A DNA stretch of 64,000 nucleotides, from contig NC_043013.1 of NCBI RefSeq assembly GCF_006345805.1, forward strand, positions 48,298,001-48,362,000. The letters are read 5' to 3'. Positions within the stretch are counted from its first letter, which is position 1. Each line of letters starts with the position of its first letter. Below, in pieces: positions 40,471 to 51,400 of this stretch. The translations under genes were made by a program, and so were the position numbers. This DNA is from Octopus sinensis. Taxonomy: Eukaryota. Below the pieces are notes generated by a model that worked only from the letters and a program-made list of their open reading frames with translations, had not been told where the DNA came from and did no database searches.

Positions 40471-41699
40471 AAATCAATGTTTGCATTATTGGTATGAAAA
40501 ATTAAGACACATTAGTAAACTAAGACTGACTACTTGTCACTGCCTCTTTTATGAGAAAGTCAACTGTTTATCAATCAAGCTATGTTCAGTAAAAGAGTAC
40601 AACTCATTTTTACCAATTTTTTTTCTCCCCCACTGTCATTTCCCTATGTAATTAGAAAGGTCACTCAAGGCACGTCCCTCAAGCTAAAATTATCACGGCT
40701 CAAAAACAACATCTAACTGTATCACTGCACTTTTGCTCGTGCACACACAACTATATCTACTAAACATCACTATGTAACTACAAAAGTCTGCTTCCTTATA
40801 CCGAAGCGAAAAATCATATTAGTTATTTTGATGGTTTAAAGCATTGTTATGGTCAAGATAATGAGAGCTAGCTGCATAGTCACTACAAGTGAAACAGCAT
40901 TGAGTATATCTAGTTTATTACTAAATGATTTTGCAGCTAAAAGTTCAAGTAGTACATTTAGAAAGATGATATTTTATTTAATGAAGAGATTTCGTAAATA
41001 GCAAACCAAAGCAGCAAAATTTTGTTAAATGTGGACAAAAAAGAATAATACTAATAGTTTATAAACAAAATTTCAAAAATGCATAATTTATAGAAAATAT
41101 TTTGCAACAAAACAATCATACAGTTGCATAAATAATCAAAACATTAATAAATTAAGTTTGTTGACAAATACATTTCAAAATATATTTCCATTTCTTACAA
41201 TTGCAATCTTCTCTGTTTCAAATTAATAAGTAATTGATAATATGAATTTACAAGAGGTGCTGTTTCAAATTATTTTATTTTATACAGGCAATCTAAAGAC
41301 ATGCAAGATATGAAATTGAATACAGAATTAGAAGGAAGAGAATTTGTTTTAAAATAGCTCTATGTGTATTCTATCTTCATAGATGCTAACAGAGAAAGTC
41401 AATTTTAATAATTAAATTGCAATAAAAACAAGATATTCAATGGACTCCTACAAAGTACTTCCAGAAAATCAGTAGAGAAATAGCAACAGAATAGAACTAT
41501 TAATAAATTAAACAACTATGAATAAACTGACACAGTTTTCAGAGAGCAATGCTTTCAACTGGATAAAAGTTTGGCAAAGAAACGGTAATGTCACAATAAA
41601 ACTGCTAACATTAATAAAAATTAATAACTATTCATTCAGTAACTATTCATAATCAAAATACCAGAAACTTTCTTTTGAAAACTCAACTTGAATCTGTCC

Positions 41700-41743
41700 A
41701 CACACACACAAAAATATATATATATATATATATAATATATATA

Positions 41744-41783
<40 letters not shown>

Positions 41784-41847
41784 CATATATATATATATAC
41801 ATATATATACATACATAATATATATATATACACATATATATATATAT

Positions 41848-41880
<33 letters not shown>

Positions 41881-42103
41881 CGCATATATATATATATATA
41901 CATACCTATACATACATATATATACACATATATATATATACATATATACATACATATATACATACATACATATATACATACATATATATATATATATACA
42001 TACATACATATATATATACATACATACATATATATATACATATATATATACATACATATATATATACATATATATACACATATATATACACATATATATA
42101 CAC

Positions 42104-42134
<31 letters not shown>

Positions 42135-42263
42135 TATATATATATACACACACATATATATACACACACATATATATATACACACACATATATATATATA
42201 TACACACACACACACATATATATATATATACACACACACACACATATATATACACACACACAT

Positions 42264-42295
<32 letters not shown>
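41700..42295. repeat. Compound (TA)n/(TACA)n/(CA)n microsatellite, ~600 bp
   Basis: Direct reading; it generates the spurious YI/VC-rich ORFs. Confidence 0.95.
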
Positions 42296-42372
42296 CTTTT
42301 CTCAGTTTAAGAACATTAAGGTGGTTTCGATGCCAAGAAGAAACAGAAAATGAATTCTATTAATTCTCTTTA

Positions 42373-42409
<37 letters not shown>

Positions 42410-43039
42410 ATCTATTCTAATGATCAACAAATCAAGCTTCATTTATTTTGGTCAATCAATGTTCAAGCAGATACAGAGTAAAAAGGACCCTAAATCTAGA
42501 AAATAAATAAATTTCTTTAGAATTGGTATCCACAAAAACTAATTTACTTTGTTTTGCTTTTGCTGTTTTTTTTTTTTCTTCAGGAGACTCAGGAGGATGA
42601 GGAACAGAATGCTCCATGCCTGATAAAAGAACTTCTCAAGTGCAGACAAGAAACCAGGCTTAGGCCTCTGGATATAAACAAACACCCTAAATTCTCAAAC
42701 ACACACAGAGCACTCAATATCAGCAGCAATAAATGCAGTGCACACTGTCAGAGTAAAAGATGTAAATATGGAACTGATGCTAGACAAAAGTTTAGTGTAA
42801 AGAATACAGTTCATCATAATTAATTTTATAAGAAGTTTTAAGTGGACAGCCATTTTTTGTAGGAATAAAACTTATGCACTGAACCACCTAAAACCACACA
42901 GTAGTAGTTCACTAATCTTTTACTTGGTTGCTAAGACACTTGTAACACAGTATGACTAAAGTATCTGAAATAACTTTGCTTAATTCAATACAATTCAATT
43001 TTTATTGGCTCAAAAAGCAAAAGCAAGGTCATGTAGGGG

Positions 43040-43650
43040 GACAAGGAGTTAAGTACAGGGAGGGTGGTCATACAAAGGGTTCAGGCCATTTCTGGTCAAG
43101 AGAGACTTTGAACCGAGCGGTCGTCGGCATCTTCACTATCTCGTCCGGCAGTTTATTCCACGGATCCGCAACCCGGACGGAGAAAGCCCCTCTCCTTCAA
43201 TTGAGATGAAATTGTCGTAGATAGAGCTTTTCGGAGTGACCCCGCAGCCCACACTCTGAAGCAGGAGTGAAGAACAGCTCTTTCGAGAGGTTACACTTTC
43301 CGCTTATGATGTTGTGAGCGAGAATGAGATCACCACGGCGGCGGCGTTTCTCGAGAGAATAAAGGTCGAGCGTCTTCAGCCTTTCTTCATAAGACAAATT
43401 CTTGAGACCAAGAACCATGTGGGTAGCCAGCTTCTGGACTCTTTTGAGATGATGTATGTCTTTGAGGAGATAAGGAGAAGAGGCTTGAATCCCGTACTCC
43501 AATAGGGGTCTCACCAGCGTGACATAGAGCGGTAGGAATATGGCTGCTGTGAGCATTCCAAATGACCGTCGAATCAAAAACAGAACTCCACGTGCTTTGT
43601 TGGCAGCATGGACGCATCAATAGCCGAACTGCAAAGCTAAACATTGAGCC
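43040..43650 (-). mobile_element. CR1/L2-type LINE 3' fragment
   Basis: LYVTLVRPLLEYG...LKRVQKLAT...SYEERLKTLDLYSLEKRRRRGDLI...LRGH, then FSVRVADPWNKLP. Confidence 0.9.
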
Positions 43651-44004
43651 AAGTTCATATATATATATATATATATACATATAGACCTCCAGAAATTTAT
43701 CAGACCAGAAGGATTATAGATTAACTCCATTGACTACTTAAACATGTAATATTAATCATTAATGATATGTGTGAAATTTAGGGTGTTGAGCTTTTGATTG
43801 TGAGTTCTATCTCTGGGCTACACTATGTGCTATGTTCTTGAGCAAAGCACTTCTTTACGTGTTGCTCTAGTCTATTCAGTTGGGAATGAATATCCAGTCT
43901 GGCAATGGTTCGACCCTTTTTCACTCCAGGTATCACATCCTTGATGTTCCACTGACTCAAGAATGGGAGCACTAAAACAATTACGGAACACATGATACAT
44001 ATAT

Positions 44005-44705
44005 ATGGTGTGCAAGAGAGACGTTTGCGCTGGTATGGTCATGTGACGAGAATGGATGAAGATAGTTGTGTGAAAAAGTGCCACACCCTAGCGGTTGAGG
44101 GAACCTGTGGAAGAGGTAGCCCCAGGAAAACCTGGGACGAGGTGGTGAAGCACGACCTTTGAACTTTAGGTCTCACCGAGGAAATGACTAGAGGCCAAGA
44201 CCTATGGAAGTATGCTGTGTGTGAGAAGACCCGGCAGGACAAGTGAGACCATAACCCATGGCCTCTACCTGGGATGTAGCCAGTCCACTTATGCATACCT
44301 TTCCTTCTTGGGACACAAAACTCTACTTGTAAAGACCTGTTGAGGCAAGTGAGAATCAAAATCGAAATCGATCAACATCAATGGAAATTGTAGCTGTGAT
44401 ACCAGTGCCAGTGGCACGTAAGCGAACCATCCGAACGTGGCCGTTGCCAGCCTCACCTGGCCCCCGTGCCGGTGGCACGTAAAAAGCACCATCCGACTGT
44501 GGCCGTTTGCCAGCCCCGTCTGGCACGTAAAAAGCACCCACTACACTCACGGATTGGTTGGTGTTAGGAAGGGCATCCAGCCGTAGAAACATTGCCAGAT
44601 CAGACTGGGCCTGGTGCAGCCTTCTGGCCTCCCAGACCCCAGTTGAACCATCCAACCCATGCTAGCATGGAAAGCGGACGCTAAATGATGATGATGATGA
44701 TGATG
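44005..44705 (+). mobile_element. RTE LINE 3' end plus RTE-tail SINE ending in (GAT)n
   Basis: QERRLRWYGHVTRM...GRGSPRKTWDEVV; the downstream ...catgctagcatggaaagcggacgctaaatgatgatgat tail recurs near 9050, 50700, 54310, 60350 and 61010. Confidence 0.85.
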
Positions 44706-45762
44706 ATATGAACAATTCTAAAGCCTGTTGAGAAGAAATCAAATCCTTCCATTTGGCTTTAAGAAAGACAATATGATCTCTGATGGCACCATTATTAGTT
44801 CTATGTGAATTTGGTGAAATGTTATTGAATAAATAATAACATCGACTACAATTCTGCAGACTTGCTAAACAACAAAATACAGGTAGAAAACAGTAGACAT
44901 AAATCACGCAGATGACATATTTACTTCATTTGATATTGAAGCATGATTTTCAAGATAAAGAAAAGAAAAAAAATCATACAAATTTTTCTCTGGTCAGTTT
45001 GAGAAGTACATATTAAAGATTAAGCTTATTTATACCATGTCAAACAAGATTAACTTTGTGAAGTAAATTTAATACATAATTTACCAAGAAAAATATTTAA
45101 TATTCCATATACTGTCTTAGATATAATTCATTCGTTTAAACTAAAACTACAATTATAGTAAGAGAAAAAAATTCAATAGAAAAATAATTAAAACCACTAA
45201 GCTATATATTAGAGATTCATATTCATATCAAATATTCACAGGTATTATCAGAAAATTCATTTTCACTTTATACATTTCAGGGAATCATGTATCTCCCAAC
45301 AAAAATTACTCTTAGATATATCAATCTGATTATTATAAATAGTTAGATAATTTTTTTCCAACTGACATCTCCTGACTGTTATTGACCAATAAATCAAATC
45401 AAAATATTCCATTAAAAAAAAAAAAAATTTCAATTCCCAAATGATCAACATACAACCAGAAAATATTTAAAATTAATTTTATCTGTTGTAGTTTGTACAT
45501 TCTTTATATTGTGTCTTCTCTCATTTATTTAGCTATTTTTATCATTTTATCTTGATCTCCACATCATTTCTCATTAAAAAAAATTATCATAAACATATAA
45601 AGAAAATTAGATTTCAACACTAGAACTCAGAGGATTTGTTACGATCAACATGTGAATCATGACTCACGGTTTGCTCGGTGATGGGCTAAACCAGAAAAAT
45701 CAATTATATTTTTACACATTGTACAAGTAACGATCCGAAGGAAAATAGAAATAACTGCTTAC

Positions 45763-45918
45763 CTTGACTGAAGAATTATGAATGTCCAAGCAAAACTTTA
45801 TCCTTTGATGGAATGCTGTCATAGGTTCACGTGTTGAGTAGATGTCACTCGTCTCTTTAGACTGGACATAACACTGATCATGGTCAATTGTGGCTTCAAT
45901 AACACCATCACGGATTGC
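45763..45918 (-). CDS. PSMD3: 26S proteasome non-ATPase regulatory subunit 3 (Rpn3), internal exon, 156 nt, phase 0/0
   Basis: Acceptor ctgtttgtgtag| and donor |gtaagc. Translates [52 protein letters not shown], matching the recalled human PSMD3 segment [52 protein letters not shown]. Confidence 0.97.
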
Positions 45919-46279
45919 CTACACAAACAGAACAGTAAGAACAGTTTAGTAATAATAGAGAATATAAGAGATTTGTATACATTTTCTCTCGGCTAAAAAC
46001 CACAAATCCAATCAACTATCTTCAGTACCATGACTCATCAATGTTCCCTTCCCTCCCCGCCACCTCTCTCTCATCAAGATGACTTATTTTGTTCTTTTCT
46101 TTATGTGTTTTGATATAGAAAATAACTTAAATAGTGTGGTTGATGGTCTAGCATTTATAACTATTTTAATATACAATTTTTTTGTTCTTTTATTACTTAA
46201 CACATTAATCTCAGTACTTATTTTATTTGTCAAAATGCTAAGCTATTTAATCTGAAACAAAACCATTTTTATACATGCA

Positions 46280-46321
<42 letters not shown>

Positions 46322-46322
<1 letters not shown>

Positions 46323-46556
46323 TTTATTTAAAAGCAGCAGAAATTCAACAAAACCTATTACTCGGAGTTTCACGTTCCCGTTCGTCGGACAGTTTTTTTT
46401 TTTTTAAACAAAACTGTCCAACGAACAGGAACGTGAAACTCCGAGTAACAGGTTTTGTTGAATTTCTGCTGCTTTTAAATAAAGCATATTACTCTACCCC
46501 TGGTATCTGAGTACTCTTTTTTCCACCTTGTTTCACATTTATGTGTTTACTCCGGT
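46322..46556. mobile_element. Penelope-like terminal fragment with 75-bp inverted repeat (46322-46396 / 46410-46484); each arm carries an HHR-like motif
   Basis: The arms differ at 3 of 75 positions and the element sits between (TA)n tracts. The minus strand reads aaaactgt-CCGACGA-ACG.GGAA.CGT-GAAA-CTCCGAGT-A-ataggtttt. Confidence 0.65.
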
Positions 46557-46867
46557 ATATATATGTGTGGCTACCATTTAAAATCAAGGATGATTTGGTA
46601 GTATGTACCATACTTTCATTAATTCCTTGTTTTAGGTGTCCACATACTGGAAGGCATACACGTTTTCTTTTTGTCCTCCTACCCTTGACCAAGCAGAACA
46701 TCCAGAGCACAATGGCTGAAAGAAGCAAAAGCTGCTACTTTCTTCATCACCCACAGAAGAATGAAAGGCAAAGAGAGATGTGAATTTAAGAATGCAGAGA
46801 GCCGCCAAAACAGATATTGCAACAAATTTTACCAAACAACTCAAACAACTCTCTCAAATCAACCACC

Positions 46868-46900
<33 letters not shown>

Positions 46901-47284
46901 AGTACATGCAATTGACAGGCTACTGCACAGTTTTTATCTAATAAATTCCATTCACAAGGATTTTGGTCAATTAAAGTTTATAGTAAAAGGCACTTGCCCC
47001 ACATACCACCCAAGGGGGGATTGAGACCAAAGCAACATGTTTGCAAAATGAACTTCTTAACCATGATAAGCACATGAATATATTTCTTTTATATAACTGA
47101 AATCAATTTAAACCCAGCATGTTTCCAATTCTCACTTTCTGGGTAACATAGACAGAGCCAGGAAATAAAACACAGAACAAACCCCTAAACAATGATTTAA
47201 CAAACGCTATCTATTACATTAAGTAAATCATATTTCCAAGTCAGACTTAAATATTACGTTGCAAAATATTACTTTATTAAGTTA

Positions 47285-47650
47285 TCTTCTGTATATATAA
47301 ACGGCAACATGTCTGTGTGCGTGTCCTTTATACAAATCCACAATCTTTCAGTTAGAGGACTCACACTTTCTATGGTCATTCAAAACCGTCCAAGGGTGGT
47401 CATGCACATCTTTATATTTCCCCAGTCACCCCGCAAAGCCATTAAAAAAATCAATAGAATTGACTTTTTTGTGAATTTTCTATCCAAAACCCAATCAAAA
47501 TGCCCGAAACTTGATACGCCAATTGAATGCCCGCTAGCTGTATGTGATTGGTCGGAGATTTGGACAGTACTCACGTGTATGTATGCATGTACGCAGCTGT
47601 ATATGCATGCACTAGCACTATGACCCGGCGTTGCCGGGTCATAGTGCTAG
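47285..47650 (+). mobile_element. Non-autonomous Helitron-like element
   Basis: A|TC...atatataaa 5' end, GC-rich subterminal hairpin, and CTAG|T 3' end. A truncated 3' copy lies at ~38719-38794. Confidence 0.75.
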
Positions 47651-48139
47651 TTATAATAATAAATTATTATCTTTATATAAACAAGGCAACCCACAGAAAA
47701 TCAGAAAGGATCACAGATTGTGATATCTGACTTAATAGAACCTAATATGATAAAGAATAAGGCAATTCAAATATTAGTTGGAAATCAAAACAGTTACTTG
47801 TAACCACAAATTATCACTTCTGAAGGTAGTCAACGTTGGTTGACTATCTTCTTATAAAAATTGTACTTGCTAGGATAGTTTTGCATAACTACGACCACTA
47901 ATTTAAGAATATAGACTGTAATTTCAACATTGTGGAAACCTGGATTAATTTAACAATTTAAAATTATACTTTCATCTTAGCCAAAACGCTATTTCTCAGT
48001 ATTTTAGCTAAGATCAAAGTATAGTTAACAATTTTAAAAACTATAATTACTACACATATATATATGTGACAGTGTATGTGTGTGTTTGTGTGCATGCGTG
48101 CACACACGCGCGTACACTCACACATTCATGTGTAAATTG

Positions 48140-48430
48140 TGTATTGGAGATGATCCTTGTCAAGAAATCCTTTGTTGCCATGTCAGTTTATCAATACAGT
48201 GAAACTGTTATTGATTTTACATCAGCCATTACCCATATAATCAGACCCAGACAAGTATCAAATTCTTCACCAAAACAATTGAAACCTGAGGTTGAAACAC
48301 TGTGTAACCCACAGAGCATGAAAGCAATACTGCAAGCTAATGAGAGCTATGGGTTATAGATTGCTAGATTGCTCACACTTCCTCTGATGAGCCGTATTTA
48401 TCCTTGTATGGCCTCAGTCAGAAAGAGTCA
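48140..48430 (+). mobile_element. Possible Penelope-like 3' relic (GIY-YIG tail-like peptide plus degenerate HHR at 48378-48425)
   Basis: The peptide KQLKPE resembles the recalled PLE tail FIKxLKPxLN. It is followed by cttcct-CTGATGA-GCCGTA...TATGGC-(no GAAA)-ctcaGTC-agaaag. Confidence 0.35.
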
Positions 48431-51400
48431 AGTAGAAGAATTATGTTTTGATAGCGTAATGTTAGCAATAGGGGTTGGTAGACAGGTAAACACTCCATAG
48501 GCTCAACCTTTAACACACACACATATATATAAAAGAAAATGAAATGAAAAAAGAATAAACAATTATCTTATGAACCCCATTAGTTTACAGCCGTTTCTGC
48601 TTTAATATGCAGTGGTCTCACCTTATAGCTTCATCAGAGCCTTGCATATAAAAATCCAATTTATTTGGGAAAAGGATTACATTTATGCATATACACAGGG
48701 AAAAGCATTACCACAATGTGTGTGTGTGTGTGTGTGTGTATGCATAACTACATTCATACTCGTATTTTCCTGCACATATATTCTTTCTTTCTGTGTGTAT
48801 ATGTACACACACACACACTATCATAATCAACATCATCATAGCTTAGCTTTCCAAATGAAGATTAAGGAAGTGGGGTGTGTTTGTGTATATTACAGGTATC
48901 TTTATGGCTTATGAGGTTCACACACACACACAAACACAAAGAATGGGATTGATTAAAACTAGTATCCTCTTGCATAACCAAAAGTTAAATCTCTGAAAAA
49001 TTAGGATTTCCATGGCAAGTTTCAAATGCAGAATTAATATGTCCAAAAATGCTGCAAAATAACATTAAATTCAAACTTGCTCACTGCATTTCTTTTGATA
49101 TAAAGATTTGTTTAATATAATTTGAAGTTGGCAAAATACCTAAACTGTTAAGGAAATGCTGAATGGCGAAAAAAGTATTAAGAAATGAATAAATACAGTA
49201 AGGCAGCAAAGTGAAAAATGAAGATGGTAGGAGAGAGTTGGCAGTAATTAGAAATTGAAGGAACAAACATATAGTAGTGATAATAATCTAGTTTGTTATT
49301 TAGTTTCATAATGAACATTGTGCTAGCAATAAAACAAGGAAACTTAGGCAAGATTTAAGAACCAAAGAACATTTATGGAATTCATTATTTTGAAACTTTC
49401 TTATGTTTTGTTTAGTTTAAATTCTTTCAACCATTTGAATACTTCTTTCTCTTTCCTTCTGGAAACTTATGCTGCCGTTTTTTAAAACGTTTTTTAGAAA
49501 CTTTTTTGAAACGATTTCTTCCTTCTTTTTTGTTATTCAATTTTTAAAATGCTGAATTTAAAAGAGGAAAACAGAGAGGAAAAGCTTGCAGTAGCAGCAG
49601 CTAACATCTGCATTGTTTGACAAGGCCATTAAAAGCGGCTGAGAAAACTCTACACCTGACATTTAACAAGTTAAAACAGTGAAATCATAAGAGAAAGAAA
49701 GATGTAAAACAAAGCAAAACAATGCTAACAAGAACAAGAAATCACTGGTGCATATTTTAATGACAATAAAGCTAATAAACTTATCAAAATAGAGGCAGGT
49801 TTCTGCCATTCTGCCAAAGCTGGAAAAAGAAACTTGAAACTGCTATGAAAAATGAGAGAAAAGTAAGTTCCTTTGTGTGCTGTCTCTGTTTTATATCCCT
49901 CTGCCAATATTTCTCTGTTGTCTTTTGAAAGTTATAATAAAAGAGAGGATAAATTCATAGTAAGGTGGAATATACAGTAAATAATGCAACCATCACAAAT
50001 AGAGTTATTGCTTCCTACTCAGTAAATATGGCATGCTGTGGGGAGGAGAATCAAAGTGTTCTAATGATTCTTATGATTACATCAGTTAATAGTCGAAGTA
50101 AATTCTTCTCAAACAGAGAAGAAAAAGATCATTAATTTATAACCTAGTGTTATTATTGGTAAACGGCAGTTTTTCATTTGAGCTAAGCAGTTATGAAGCT
50201 CATTGATTCACTGGCTTCATTGGGCTTCCAGTTTAAATAAACTATTATTACTAAAATCAAGGTATGCAACATATGTGTGTGTGTGTGACAGTGTATGTGT
50301 GATGTTGTTTTGTGCCATTGTTGGCCAATATACAATCGGTTAGACACATATAATGAGTGAAGGGAAACCATAAAAGATTCCATATAAACAAGACCACGCA
50401 AGTAATTAGTATATCTGCATATTAATGATGTAACAAAAGTTATTGTCACTGATGTCAGGTTTCTAACAACTGAATTCTAAGTAAAAGAGATTTCGGAACG
50501 AGATACCTGAAAACTTGACAAGACAAAAGAAAGGATACGCTAAACGAAAACTGCTGCTAAGGAAACTAAACCAAGTAATATAGCAACAGAGTGATGATCA
50601 AGCCATATAAATAACACACACACATATATGTATATATATATATATGTGCACATACAAACATATATAAACACCCATATGTATGCATGCACACACACATACA
50701 CATCATCATCATCATCATTTAACGTCCGTTTTCCATGCTAGCATGGGTTGGACGGTTTTGACTGAGGGCTGGCAAACCAGATGGCTGCACCAGGCTCCAG
50801 TCTTGATCTGGCTGAGTTTCTACAGCTGGAGTTTCTAGCATATAGTTTCTAACATATAGCATTATAATCATCATTTAAAGTCCCTGTCCCACGCTGGGCT
50901 CTGAGTTGGGTGGTTTGGCAGGACCTGATGAGACCAAGGACTGCAATGCGTTCCAATGTCTGATTTGGCATGGTTCTATTGCTGGATGTCTTTCCTATCA
51001 CCAACCACTTTGCAGCATGTACTGGGTGCTTTTAACATGCCACTAGCATGTGTGTGTGTGTGTATATAGTTTCTGTTGTGTATGTGTATGTGTATAGGGA
51101 GAGTTTACACAAAAAACAAAAGACGAAGACAGGTGGTGTACAAAACAAACAGATGTATTAGTATAATGCTCAGGAATAGAAAAAGTCTTTTACATTTCGA
51201 GCCTACGCTCTTCTACAGAAAGGGACACAGAAAAAACAAAGAGAGAAAAAAATGTGTGTAGTGGCTAATGTATGTATGTGTGTATATGTGTGTGTGTGTG
51301 TGTTTATGTCTTTGTACCTGTTTATTCCCCACCACTGTTCAACAACCAGTGTTGATGTGTTTACCTTCCTGTAACTTAGCAATCCAACAAAAGTACCAAT

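Noticed and set aside
41636-42287. Long YI/VC-rich ORFs (also 57155-58015)
   Set aside because: These are translations of TA/CA microsatellites.
46700-46755. Minus-strand GTGATGA-AGAAAG...CTTTC HHR-like relic
   Set aside because: C3 is altered and GAAA is absent; too degenerate to call.
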